Positions 24,080 through 36,150 of a stretch of DNA of 41,542 nucleotides are shown piece after piece. Made by a program: the position numbers and the translations under genes. Position 1 is the first letter of the stretch. Each line of letters opens with the position of its first letter. The stretch is from Octopus bimaculoides. Its lineage: Eukaryota. The stretch covers positions 20,192,228-20,233,769 of the forward strand of contig NC_068985.1 in NCBI RefSeq assembly GCF_001194135.2, read 5' to 3'. The notes beneath the pieces were generated by a model. The model was not told the origin of the DNA, did no database searches, and saw only the letters and a program-made list of their open reading frames with translations.

Positions 24080-24824
24080 NNNNNNNNNNNNNNNNNNNNN
24101 NNNNNNNNNNNNNNNNNNNNNNNNNNNNNNNNNNNNNNNNNNNNNNNNNNNNNNNNNNNNNNNNNNNNNNNNNNNNNNNNNNNNNNNNNNNNNNNNNNNN
24201 NNNNNNNNNNNNNNNNNNNNNNNNNNNNNNNNNNNNNNNNNNNNNNNNNNNNNNNNNNNNNNNNNNNNNNNNNNNNNNNNNNNNNNNNNNNNNNNNNNNN
24301 NNNNNNNNNNNNNNNNNNNNNNNNNNNNNNNNNNNNNNNNNNNNNNNNNNNNNNNNNNNNNNNNNNNNNNNNNNNNNNNNNNNNNNNNNNNNNNNNNNNN
24401 NNNNNNNNNNNNNNNNNNNNNNNNNNNNNNNNNNNNNNNNNNNNNNNNNNNNNNNNNNNNNNNNNNNNNNNNNNNNNNNNNNNNNNNNNNNNNNNNNNNN
24501 NNNNNNNNNNNNNNNNNNNNNNNNNNNNNNNNNNNNNNNNNNNNNNNNNNNNNNNNNNNNNNNNNNNNNNNNNNNNNNNNNNNNNNNNNNNNNNNNNNNN
24601 NNNNNNNNNNNNNNNNNNNNNNNNNNNNNNNNNNNNNNNNNNNNNNNNNNNNNNNNNNNNNNNNNNNNNNNNNNNNNNNNNNNNNNNNNNNNNNNNNNNN
24701 NNNNNNNNNNNNNNNNNNNNNNNNNNNNNNNNNNNNNNNNNNNNNNNNNNNNNNNNNNNNNNNTATATATATATATATATATAATTGGATAAATATAGAT
24801 ATTGATATAGATATATACACATAT

Positions 24825-24865
<41 letters not shown>

Positions 24866-24886
24866 CATATACATACATACATACAT

Positions 24887-26010
24887 ACAGGTTAAATTCA
24901 TTAGTTAACATAAAAGGAAAGGAAAACCCAATATTCCATCTAAAAGTATGGCTAGGAAATAATACTTTATTCAAGGTAGCTGTCCTCAGTTTCCCTCACT
25001 GCCTCAAGACGGCTCCAGCACATGCTGCATGCATATCTCACTATGTTCCTGGGAAGATCTATGGAAACCTCCTTGATCTTGGTCACTAGCTCGGACTTGG
25101 TGTTTCAAGCAGCACAGTTGGGATTATACAATCAAGAGAATTGGATGGTTGGAAATTGGGTCTAGTGAAGTAATTGAAATTTTCCAACAACCACTTCTGA
25201 CTCTTTCCAGAGGTGTTGCCAGGAACCGAATCTTGCTACCACACATAATACATTTCAGCAGTAATCCCCTCCACTCAAGGATTGACCGCAGTCAACCGCA
25301 GCTTAACATAGCCGTCAGAATTAAGACTAAAGCTTTGTTCAAAGATTTTGGCGGCGTGACGTCATTCTCACTGGAGAGACACTGAAAGATTATCACAGTA
25401 TTTGGTAACTTTGTTTTTAATGAGACATGGAGCATCACAAAGATTGTAGGCACTCCACATATCGTTCTGAGTGTTGTGCAACAGGTTCTGGCAAAAATTT
25501 CTTTCATCTGGGAAGAAGCAGATCACCTCAACAGGACATCTCAGCAGTTCTCCTTGGCTCTGACGGTCAGAATTTGTCCTTTGGGCCTCTTGTACTTAGA
25601 GGGACGAAAGTCTTCATTCGGGGCCAACTTAATGCTGGTGACTCCAGGATCCATGTCTTTCACTAAAGCCAAGATTCCCTTCCTCCTCAGGTCACTTTGT
25701 CCCGCAGTTGTTGAATGAATCCTGGTGCACGCTGTGTCCCTTCCTACTGGCCACAACTTCCTAGTCTCCACTGTAGCTGCTGTTCCTGTCACGTCTTACA
25801 GCTTTTAGTGTGTTCATAGTGCAATGATCACGATTTTCCAAACGCTTTTCCAATTTTTAGATGGATTCCAGCCTTCCATGTCAGTTAACTTTTTCTCAAC
25901 TACAACTTTAATCTTTATGCTCTTCAACGCCGTTGATTGTTCACCAGTTCATTCAGTTGTTTCTAAGCTGGAGATATAAAAATCGTCAACTTCAGCCTGA
26001 ATGCTATTCT
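24887..26010 (-). mobile_element. Decayed Tc1/mariner transposase, DD37D (maT)-like
   Basis: Frameshifted minus-strand motifs FFPDERNFCQ, VIIFQCLSSENDVTPP, NSDGYVKL, YVW*QDS.P..TSGKSQKWLLENF...PSNSLDC and SRLEAVRETEDSYLE*, then AATAAA; the SPD-equivalent sits 33 residues after the second D, as expected for DD37D, and the third D is deleted. Confidence 0.75.
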
Positions 26011-26022
26011 TTTTTGTTTTAT

Positions 26023-26415
26023 TCTTTTACTTAGGTCAGTTACTTGACTGCGACCATGCTGGAGCACCACCTTAAAGGGTGTTAGTCGAAGAAATCGACC
26101 CCAGGATTTATTCTTTGTAAGCCTAGTACTTATTTTATCGATATCTTTTGCCGAACCATTTAGTTAAGGGGATATAAACACACCAGCATCGGTTTTCAAG
26201 CGAAGGCAGAGGGACACACNNNNNNNNNNNNNNNNNNNNNNNNNNNNNNNNNNNNNNNNNNNNNNNNNNNNNNNNNNNNNNNNNNNNNNNNNNNNNNNNN
26301 NNNNNNNNNNNNNNNNNNNNNNNNNNNNNNNNNNNNNNNNNNNNNNNNNNNNGTCGCCCCAAGGTGCAATGCAGGACCATGTGGTTGGGATGCAGGCTTC
26401 TTACCACACAGCCAC
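26023..26415 (-). mobile_element. SINE family A spanning a gap
   Basis: Body GACTGCGACCATGCTGGAGCACC...TTTTGCCGAACC at 26023-26219; head CTTCTTACCACACAGCCAC at 26353-26415. Confidence 0.85.
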
Positions 26416-26488
26416 GAACTGTTAACCCCTACACATTTTTTCTCTCTCTGCTTTTTTCCGTTCTCTTTCCGTTTTCCCCCACTCAATC

Positions 26489-26524
26489 CTTTCTGTCGAA
26501 GAGCGTAGGCTCGAAACGTCAAAG
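26489..26524 (+). ncRNA. Hammerhead-like motif (A6U core variant)
   Basis: CTTT-CTGTCGA-A-GAGC[GTAG]GCTC-GAAACGTC-AAAG: 4-bp stem I, 4-bp stem II, palindromic ACGT stem III, GUC triplet; differs from CUGANGA only at position 6. Confidence 0.45.
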
Positions 26525-26541
26525 ACTTTTCCTTTCTTTCC

Positions 26542-26578
<37 letters not shown>

Positions 26579-27352
26579 CATACTGAGAAGCAGAGAACTG
26601 CCATCAATGTGGGATTTTTCTCTGGATAAGTAAAATTTCCAAAGTGGTCTATCGATGACATAAAGTATTGACAATAGTGGTAAAAACGAGAAATAGCAAT
26701 AACAAATATTTAACATGATCTAAATCTTTATTCTGTGCTATACACAGAAGATTAATGCAAATGGTGAGAGAAAAATGTCCGTTTCATAAACACAATACTA
26801 AATACTAAACATTAACTGAATTAGAACTTCCAGTCTATGTACTACGTTGTATGATAAATTATTGCTTATAACTCATGAAGTATAAGAATTAACTATTCTA
26901 CTATAGGAAACAATAACTAAAAAGTATTATATGATGTGAATAACGTAAAAACACTATAAAAATATTGCAGTGTGAGAGAAAGCAAAATAAATGAAAATGA
27001 GATACACAAAAGTTAACTTAAAAAATGATTAAAGGCGAATGTTATATAACCGTTGATAGAGAAATAGCAAGAAAGAAGAAGACTTTTGTGGGTGGAAAAT
27101 ATTGAGAAAAGGAGAGAATTGAAGAATAGTGAAGTAGGAGGAATGAAGGAAGAGTAGGTGATAAAGAAAGAGGGAAATTTGGTGACAGTCTTTCATGATT
27201 TTATGTTGTCGGCAACCATTGTCGTACGTATTACGTTATCTATGTGAATGACCGTTCTCTTCTTCACCTCTCACACTCCAAACAACCCATACTTCGGCTC
27301 CTCCACTCTTACAACGCCTTCCATGAAATATAACTGTTTCATTCTCTCTCTC

Positions 27353-27393
<41 letters not shown>

Positions 27394-27932
27394 CACTCTC
27401 TCTCTCTCGCTGTATTTGTACATCCATACATAAATAAATAATATTATGCATATATGTTGTACAATATGTATACAATACATTTATACATTATACATTACAT
27501 AATATATATAGAGGGAAAATCTACATTATATATGCATACATCTCTCTCTCTCTCATATNNNNNNNNNNNNNNNNNNNNNNNNNNNNNNNNNNNNNNNNNN
27601 NNNNNNNNNNNNNNNNNNNNNNNNNNNNNNNNNNNNNNNNNNNNNNNNNNNNNNNNNNNNNNNNNNNNNNNNNNNNNNNNNNNNNNNNNNNNNNNNNNNN
27701 NNNNNNNNNNNNNNNNNNNNNNNNNNNNNNNNNNNNNNNNNNNNNNNNNNNNNNNNNNNNNNNNNNNNNNNNNNNNNNNNNNNNNNNNNNNNNNNNNNNN
27801 NNNNNNNNNNNNNNNNNNNNNNNNNNNNNNNNNNNNNNNNNNNNNNNNNNNNNNNNNNNNNNNNNNNNNNNNNNNNNNNNNNNNNNNNNNNNNNNNNNNN
27901 NNNNNNNNNNNNNNNNNNNNNNNNNNNNNNNN

Positions 27933-27973
<41 letters not shown>

Positions 27974-28006
27974 TAATGAAATAGTTATATTTAATGGAAG
28001 GGTATA

Positions 28007-28848
28007 CAGGATGTTCACAAAGTCTTTAAACAATTTCAAAAAGCTGTTGCGAAAAATTAAGAGAGGTGGTAACAAAATTTTTATTCCATATTATGTTAAT
28101 TTTTTTTTAATGACAATAGTTTTACTAATGTTATGTTTTTATTTTTCAGTCCGCAATTAATTTTGTTTTATGTTTCAGACAATGACTGCTCTACAAGAAA
28201 AGGCACAATGCGTGTTTTGGTTTATCGAAACAAAGTCAGATATTCAACACGAAGAAATTACACAGCCAATATGGCAAAGACGTTCCGGCACGTCAGTCGA
28301 TTCGCAATTGGTATAAACAATTTATAGAAACGGGGACGATGCTACGTAAACCGAGGACTAGAAGGCCAAGAACAACTGAAGAAGATGTTGATCGTTTTCA
28401 ACAGTCATTTCATAGATTCCATCTGTATTGCTTCCGCTCTGCTGAGATCAGCAATACATGAAGTTTTCCATAGGAAGTTCTGACTTTATGCATATATCAT
28501 TCAATTATTGCAAGCAATTATGGTAAATGACAAACTGCAATGTAAAGAATTTGCTGTTACGATCTTTCAAAAAATCGAAGAAGATGACTTCCTTAATCAC
28601 ATTTGCTTAACGGATTAAGCTACGTTCCATGTGTCTGGAAAACTCAACAAGGATAATGGAAGAATTTGGGGATCAGAAAATAGCCACATGACTAGAGAGA
28701 TCGAATGTGACAGCTTGAAGTTCAATGTGTGGTAAGGGATTTTGTACTACAAAGTTATTGGTCCATTTTCCCTTTTGGAAGAGAAAATAACGGCTGATAC
28801 TTACCTTGCTGTTCCAAAAGAATACGTTGTGTCACAACTAGAAGAGCT
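28007..28848 (+). mobile_element. Decayed Tc1/mariner-superfamily transposon, DUF4817-type HTH transposase, 3'-truncated
   Basis: Left TIR TA|CAGGATGTTCACAAAGTCT; from ATG 28182, MTALQEKAQCVFWF..SIRNWYKQFIETG...RPRTTEEDVDR...ICLTD*ATFHVSGKLNK.NGRIWGSEN...KFNVW..VIGPF. Confidence 0.85.
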
Positions 28849-28852
28849 CTTG

Positions 28853-28956
28853 GAATGAAATGTTTTGCTTAAGAACGCAACGCATTCAACGATCGAAACC
28901 ACTATCTTACGATCGTGAGTGAAAAACCACTAATCACTAAGCTACGCGCCTCCACA
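28853..28956 (-). mobile_element. SINE family B' head fragment (tRNA + CORE)
   Basis: Reverse complement reads TGTGGAGGCGCGTAGCTTAGTG...GGTTTCGATC...GCGTTCTTAAGCAAAACATTTCATTC; it truncates the transposase to its left. Confidence 0.7.
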
Positions 28957-28988
28957 AATATATATACACACGTAAATATACATACATA

Positions 28989-29200
28989 CGAGGGGTACTG
29001 AAAGTTCCTTGCATTGGGTAAAAGGAAACACAGGAGGATCAGTTAATTATGATTTTCTTCAACATATTCTCCTCTCAGATTCACACACAGCAGCGGTCCT
29101 TCAGTTTTTCTAAGCTCTGTAAAAGACTCCGCAGTTTGGGCTTACAGCCAGGCCTTTCGGGATACCCTTAAAGCCAGGAACTTGTCAGTCCCCACCCTCG
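28989..29200. mobile_element. mariner-type MITE
   Basis: Imperfect TIRs TA|CGAGGGGTACTGAAAGTTCCTTGC and GCCAGGAACTTGTCAGTCCCCACCCTCG. Confidence 0.75.
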
Positions 29201-29299
29201 AACATACATACATGCATGCATACATAAATGCATACATATGTTTTTAGTGGGGATCATTCCACAAGGTAAAGAAAAGCTATAAGGATCAAGTTGAGCATA

Positions 29300-29392
<93 letters not shown>

Positions 29393-29402
29393 ATACACAT
29401 AC

Positions 29403-30005
29403 ATGATGGCCGTCCACTCGTGACCGAAGAAGACCATTGCTGACCTTCAGGAATGTTGTGCGCTCTAGGATAACTTATATTTTGCATTTGCGGCTCCATT
29501 GGTGGCTAATGAGCCCTGTTCTTGACAAGCATACACGACTGCAAACATTGCAAACAAAGATTTCCCCATTCACTACACCAGCAGTGCGCTTTTGAGCACT
29601 ACGCTTAAGTTCTTCATGCAGAATATGTGCTTTCTGAAAAGTGCCGACCCACTCCTTAACCTGCTTCCTTCATCCGTGACGATGACAGATATTGCTCTCC
29701 CAGTCAGTGTCCTTCATATCACAGGCCTTTAATGAGGACTTAACACCGTCCTTAAATCGCAGGCTTCGTTTCTGCTGGGGTCTCTTTCTATTCACAAGTT
29801 CCCCATATAGCATCTGCTTAGGGATCTTGTTATCCTTCATTCTAATAAGATGTCCAATCCAACGTAACCGGTGCTTGTGCACCATCGCCTCAATACACAA
29901 GATATCAGCTGTCCTCAGAACCTGTGTGTCTAGAGTTCTTTAAGGTCCAGCCAACATTCAGAATGTGTCTGAGGCATCTCTGATGAAAGCGATCAAGGAC
30001 CTTTG
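29403..30005 (-). mobile_element. RTE-clade LINE 3' end (RT thumb, C2H2-like finger, 3' UTR)
   Basis: LDRFHQRCLRHIL...HRLRWIGHLIRMKDNKIPKQMLYGEL...RFKD.VKSSLKAC; frameshifted FVCNVCSRVCLSRTGLISHQ; 3' end TTCG-GTCA-CGAG-TGGACGGCCATCAT. Confidence 0.85.
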
Positions 30006-30506
30006 CACACATGCATACATGCACNNNNNNNNNNNNNNNNNNNNNNNNNNNNNNNNNNNNNNNNNNNNNNNNNNNNNNNNNNNNNNNNNNNNNNNNNNNN
30101 NNNNNNNNNNNNNNNNNNNNNNNNNNNNNNNNNNNNNNNNNNNNNNNNNNNNNNNNNNNNNNNNNNNNNNNNNNNNNNNNNNNNNNNNNNNNNNNNNNNN
30201 NNNNNNNNNNNNNNNNNNNNNNNNNNNNNNNNNNNNNNNNNNNNNNNNNNNNNNNNNNNNNNNNNNNNNNNNNNNNNNNNNNNNNNNNNNNNNNNNNNNN
30301 NNNNNNNNNNNNNNNNNNNNNNNNNNNNNNNNNNNNNNNNNNNNNNNNNNNNNNNNNNNNNNNNNNNNNNNNNNNNNNNNNNNNNNNNNNNNNNNNNNNN
30401 NNNNNNNNNNNNNNNNNNNNNNNNNNNNNNNNNNNNNNNNNNNNNNNNNNNNNNNNNTATATATATATATATTATATGTCATCTATCATATATCATATGT
30501 ATGTAT

Positions 30507-30886
30507 GTTGGCACTCCGTCGCTTACGATGTCGAGGGTTCCAGTTGATCCGATCAACGGAATAGCCTGCTCGTGAAATTAACGTGCAAGTGGCTGAGCAC
30601 TCCACAGACACGTGTACCCTTAACGTAGTTCTCGGGGATATTCAGCGTGACACAGTGTGACAAGGCTGACCCTTTGAATTACAGGCACACCAGAAACAGG
30701 AAATAAGAGTGAGAGAAAGTTGTGGTGAAAAAATACAGCAGGGTTCGCCACCATCCCTTGCCGGAGCCACGTGGAGCTTTAGGGGTGTTTTCGCTCAATA
30801 AACACTCACAACGCCCTGTCCGGGAATCGAAACCGCGATCCTATGACCGCGAGTCCGCTGCCCTAACCACTGGGCCATTGCGCCTT
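30507..30886 (-). mobile_element. SINE family B, young full-length copy
   Basis: Reverse complement of the 15364-15750 element with about 17 differences by eye. Confidence 0.92.
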
Positions 30887-31093
30887 CACCATATAACATA
30901 TATACACACATTATACATATATATTTTCCAACGAATTTCTTTAATAGATTAATGAGTATATTACATCATAATTAAAACAAACAAAACACTTTCATCAGAT
31001 GATACATAACATTTCAAAACAATATAAAAACAACGCCTCACCACAGTGGACCAGTGGAACTTGATTCCAGCCGAAGCTGGACTCAAGCCGTTA

Positions 31094-31296
31094 GTCACTC
31101 AGTCGATTACGACAACAAGGGTTCCTATTGATCCGATCAATGTAACAGCCTGCTCGTGAAATTAGCATGGAAGTGGCCGAGCCCTCCACAGTCACGCGTA
31201 CCCTTAACGTAGTTCCCAAGGAGATTCATCGTGACACCGACTGTCACAAGACTGGCCCTTTGATTTACAGGTACTGCTCACTTTTGTCAGTTGAGT
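31094..31296 (-). mobile_element. SINE family B' 3' body, diverged
   Basis: TTGATCCGATC...CAGCCTGCTCGTGAAATT...CCCTTAACGTAGTTC...GGCCCTTTGATTTACAGGTAC. Confidence 0.75.
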
Positions 31297-31531
31297 AGCA
31301 AATTATAAATACACACACACACACACTTGCAAATATGTATATAATATATGTGTATGTATATATGTGTATATATATANNNNNNNNNNNNNNNNNNNNNNNN
31401 NNNNNNNNNNNNNNNNNNNNNNNNNNNNNNNNNNNNNNNNNNNNNNNNNNNNNNNNNNNNNNNNNNNNNNNNNNNNNNNNNNNNNNNNNNNNNNNNNNNA
31501 TATATATATATATCTATATATATATATATAA

Positions 31532-31680
31532 TTTAATGTACACTGCATTAAATAAGAGATACTAATAGTTTCTTGCTATTAAGACACGCGGTTAAGTGGT
31601 ACGTTATAAAAACCTGCCTAATCACGTGTCTTAATGCGAAGATGCTATTAATATCTCTTATTTTAATAGTGTACATTAAA
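31532..31680. repeat. 149-bp imperfect hairpin (MITE-like)
   Basis: TTTAATGTACACT...AATAAGAGATA...ATTAAGACACG is complementary to CGTGTCTTAAT...TATCTCTTATT...AGTGTACATTAAA. Confidence 0.85.
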
Positions 31681-31820
31681 ATATCTCTCACTGGATGGAG
31701 GTCTCTTTTGTTGATTTTACCTTAACTATATATATATATATGTATATATGTATATATTTAAATAGTTATACATATGTATACACACATACATACACACATA
31801 TATGTATATATACACATATA

Positions 31821-31856
<36 letters not shown>

Positions 31857-33007
31857 TGTATATGCGCAAATATGAGCGTGCAAGTGTATACGTGTGCTTC
31901 TGGCTGGGTGTTTGCGTGTGTATGTGTACACAAGTGTGTATGTGTATATGCGTGTGTGTGTGGGTGTGTGTGTCTGTGTGCTAATAATATTAATATATGC
32001 TAACATGTATATATAGAAAAATGAAAAATGAAAAAAACGAAAGAAAGCAAGAATGGTACCTACACGTAGGGAAAGAGTGGCAGAGATAAAGAGANNNNNN
32101 NNNNGGGTGAGTGTGAAAAAGACAGAGTAGATAAATAACTAACAGGCAAAATGAGTTCGCTATGTTTAACTTAAAACGTGAATACAAGGACAAATTAACG
32201 CTGCTAATTGCTGAAGATAATAATATAAATTTACATGCAGTCGCGCTTGGATACGCGCACATATGTATTTATGCATGTGAATATCTATATATATCATCTT
32301 GCATTGACGTCCTCTGTGCATCAGTATACTTGATAAGCTTTCGTTGTTAGGAGGCGTACAATTTCTAAGCAAATATAAATACACTTAAATACACACATGT
32401 ATATCATCTGCGAACATACATACACATTTACATATAGCTTGTTTGAGAAGCAACATTTCCATACGTACACTTACACCTATGCATTCAAAGACATAAAGAG
32501 ACATTTTTGCCTGAAGCTTCATACGCACACACACCCACACACACACATGTACGTGTGCGTCTGTGTAAATCTTTTGTGTACATATGAATGTATGTTTGTA
32601 TATGTTTTTCTTTCGGTTTTGTTTAAGTTCTTCACCGGATTTAGCCAGAATTTAACAAAGTGACATGATTACTTTACTTCAGTCAACAGCCACATGTTTC
32701 TTAATATGTACGTGTACGAGGAGTTCATAGACCTTTACCGTTTGTTATAGACCATCTGATTAACTGCAGCTGGAAAGTTCCTGTCAAAGGTACAGATCTA
32801 GACAGGGCCTCATTTGTGAATGACAAGCGATTGTACAAGTAACAAGTCTCCCCTTTTCACGCTACCGATGCTGCCCAAGGTAAAGAAGAAGCTGATGCAT
32901 CTTGGTGCAATACTAGTGTCAATGCGTTGCCATCAGAACGCAATGTGTCAGTTCAGGTATCGCAACAAATTCGCCAATCGTTCACCTTGTCTGGTATTAT
33001 TTAGTGG

Positions 33008-33112
33008 CCAAGAAAGGATGAAAGATAAAGTTGGGTTCGACGAAATTTGAACTCAGATTGTGGAGAGTCAAAAAAATGCTGCAGCGTAATCTGTCCGATG
33101 AGCAAATGGCAG
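33008..33112 (-). mobile_element. SINE family C fragment
   Basis: GAAAGGATGAAAGATAAAG...GAAATTTGAACTCAGA. Confidence 0.6.
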
Positions 33113-33134
33113 TCCTTCCCGTATAAAGGAACAT

Positions 33135-33600
33135 GGGAAAAGCTACTCTTTTCTGTCGAGGACTTATATGCCCCATTACTAGACTATTTTCTTTAGTCAT
33201 TGCGCGGTGATCGCGATAAGTTTTAAACTTATAAAATACTATTATTGTTATTTACAGAATTGTGAAAATCGGCGCTGTTTAACAAAACCATTCGCAGTAA
33301 AAAAATCACATGAACGTTTGTTTACAAAAATAACTACGAACTAATTATAGTTCTTAAATCTGACAGACAAAGTAGCTAGGTTCGCTAGTGCAGTCGGTAG
33401 CACACTCGGTAGCGTGAACAGAGAGGTATGGGTTCGAGTCCCACGCGGTCGGGAAAACTTACTTTTTCTGTCGAGGGCAAATATGCCTCGTTATAAGACT
33501 ATTTTCTTCAGTCATTACGCAGTGATCGCTTTAAGCTTATAAAATATTATTATCTACAGAATTGTGAAAATCGGTACTGCTTAACAAAACCATTCGCAGT
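33135..33600 (+). repeat. Direct repeat: 33135-33298 and 33451-33600 (period 316 bp)
   Basis: GGGAAAA..TTTTCTGTCGAGG...AGACTATTTTCT...TACAGAATTGTGAAAATCGG...AACAAAACCATTCGCAGT is present twice. Confidence 0.9.
33379..33452 (+). pseudogene. tRNA-like sequence (pseudo-tRNA or SINE-type head) with T5 terminator at 33463-33467
   Basis: Perfect D arm GTGC-AGTCGGTA-GCAC, T arm TGGG-TTCGAGT-CCCA, acceptor stem 5/7 paired, anticodon arm 2 nt too long with a mismatch. Confidence 0.65.
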
Positions 33601-33609
33601 ATATATATG

Positions 33610-33812
33610 TTTTTACTTGTTTCAGTGATTTGACTGCGGCCATGTTTGAGCACCACCTTTAGTCGAACAAATCGACCCCAGGACTTATTCTATGCAAGCC
33701 TACTCACTCTATCAGTCTCTTTTGCCGAACCTCTAAGTTACAGGGACGTAAACACACTAACACCGGTTGTCAAGCGATGTTGTGTGACAAACACAGCCAC
33801 ACAAATACACAC
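33610..33812 (-). mobile_element. SINE family A 3' body
   Basis: TTTTACTTGTTTCAG..GACTGCGGCCATG..TAGTCGAACAAATCGACCCCAGG..TTTTGCCGAACC. Confidence 0.85.
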
Positions 33813-33817
33813 ACGCA

Positions 33818-33852
<35 letters not shown>

Positions 33853-35846
33853 GTATATATATATATATAGAATTCTAATATGATGATCTCGCTCACTATG
33901 AGGCAGTTAGCTCCCTGATCATTACACAGGCATGTGATTTTGTGGCTAAGTTTTTGTGACCGAAGGTCCGTTGGCAAACCGCTTTGAATGTGTAAATGGA
34001 GTGGGATGATGGTTTTGCTACTGTTAAAGTGATTATCATTTTAAAGGAGTTGGCATTTAATTTCTTTGTACTGTTGATTTGTTCTTCATGGTTGATTACA
34101 CTTACTTAGTGGCTACTACTAACTCCATGCCACAATAGACAGGTAAGATGCNNNNNNNNNNNNNNNNNNNNNNNNNNNNNNNNNNNNNNNNNNNNNNNNN
34201 NNNNNNNNNNNNNNNNNNNNNNNNNNNNNNNNNNNNNNNNNNNNNNNNNNNNNNNNNNNNNNNNNNNNNNNNNNNNNNNNNNNNNNNNNNNNNNNNNNNN
34301 NNNNNNNNNNNNNNNNNNNNNNNNNNNNNNNNNNNNNNNNNNNNNNNNNNNNNNNNNNNNNNNNNNNNNNNNNNNNNNNNNNNNNNNNNNNNNNNNNNNN
34401 NNNNNNNNNNNNNNNNNNNNNNNNNNNNNNNNNNNNNNNNNNNNNNNNNNNNNNNNNNNNNNNNNNNNNNNNNNNNNNNNNNNNNNNNNNNNNNNNNNNN
34501 NNNNNNNNNNNNNNNNNNNNNNNNNNNNNNNNNNNNNNNNNNNNNNNNNNNNNNNNNNNNNNNNNNNNNNNNNNNNNNNNNNNNNNNNNNNNNNNNNNNN
34601 NNNNNNNNNNNNNNNNNNNNNNNNNNNNNNNNNNNNNNNNNNNNNNNNNNNNNNNNNNNNNNNNNNNNNNNNNNNNNNATATATAATAGGTTATATACAT
34701 TTATTAATTATAATGTGAATTCATGGATGGTTTTTACAGAGTGGTCTTTAAGAAACGAGTTTAAAAAATTGTCATTACATATTTTTCATTTATTGGAGGG
34801 AATTTAGATATATGTATATGTATATGAACACACACACACAAACATGTTATATGTATATGTACACACACACAAACACGCACACACGCACACCATCACACAC
34901 CCACACACATACATGCACACACACTCACAGGTATTTATTCATTATAACTATTTTATACACTCACAGGAAAGATATTGTTTATTCAAATTACGTCAGTCAT
35001 TGGACGAGAACACATGTGATATAAAAGCCTAGTCCTCACTCAGCAATGACACTGACTGAAGGCTGTTTAAGATCTACTCCCCTGACGCAATATTAATTTC
35101 AATTTGGATCTTTACTCACGTCATGTCGTATCGACTGCCTTTTCGTTAATATATTCGTTACACACATCACCTGGAGTACAGTTGCTTGATGAATCACATT
35201 TTCTCTCTTCCTCACTTTCAACACACTCTCTGTCTCTCCCTGAATACACACAAACATATGCATATATATATATATATATATATATATANNNNNNNNNNNN
35301 NNNNNNNNNNNNNNNNNNNNNNNNNNNNNNNNNNNNNNNNNNNNNNNNNNNNNNNNNNNNNNNNNNNNNNNNNNNNNNNNNNNNNNNNNNNNNNNNNNNN
35401 NNNNNNNNNNNNNNNNNNNNNNNNNNNNNNNNNNNNNNNNNNNNNNNNNNNNNNNNNNNNNNNNNNNNNNNNNNNNNNNNNNNNNNNNNNNNNNNNNNNN
35501 NNNNNNNNNNNNNNNNNNNNNNNNNNNNNNNNNNNNNNNNNNNNNNNNNNNNNNNNNNNNNNNNNNNNNNNNNNNNNNNNNNNNNNNNNNNNNNNNNNNN
35601 NNNNNNNNNNNNNNNNNNNNNNNNNNNNNNNNNNNNNNNNNNNNNNNNNNNNNNNNNNNNNNNNNNNNNNNNNNNNNNNNNNNNNNNNNNNNNNNNNNNN
35701 NNNNNNNNNNNNNNNNNNNNNNNNNNNNNNNNNNNNNNNNNNNNNNNNNNNNNNNNNNNNNNNNNNNNNNNNNNNNNNNNNNNNNNNNNNNNNNNNNNNN
35801 NNNNNNNNNNNNNNNNNNNNNNNNNNNNNNNNNNNNNNNNNNNNNT

Positions 35847-36150
35847 CTACTATAACCTTGGGCCGAACAAAGCCTTTTAAGTGGACTTGGTAGACGGAAA
35901 CTGAAAGAAGCCCGTCATATATATGTATATATCTATGTGTCTGTGTGTCTGTGTTTATCTCCCACCACCACTTGACTACCGATGTTGGTGTGTTTACGCC
36001 CACGTAAACTAGCGGTTCGGCAAAACAGACCGATTGAATAAGCATCATGCTTATAAAAGAAGACATGGGATCGATCCATTCGACTAAAACCTTTCAAGTC
36101 GATGCTCCAGCGTGACCACAGTCAAATGACTGGAACAAGTAAAAAGATAA
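35847..36150 (+). mobile_element. SINE family A (5' end lost in gap) with a short, unexpanded internal microsatellite
   Basis: GGTAGACGGAAACTGAAAGAAGCCCGTCATATATATG...GCGGTTCGGCAAAA...GTCAAATGACTGGAACAAGTAAAA. Confidence 0.85.

Noticed and set aside
25150-25900. Initially read as a gag-like LINE ORF1 with CxxC knuckles (LKCIMCG)
   Set aside because: Another frame gives ordered DD37D transposase motifs (DE.NF, WQQD, SPD-like, RLEAV), which explains the region far better.
32855-33004. Possible host exon (50 open codons, GT donor-like sites)
   Set aside because: No recognisable domain or clear acceptor, and the length is expected by chance.
33379-33452. Functional tRNA-Thr(CGT)
   Set aside because: The anticodon arm is 2 nt too long with a mismatch, there are two acceptor-stem mismatches and a T-stem mismatch, and the loop lacks U33.
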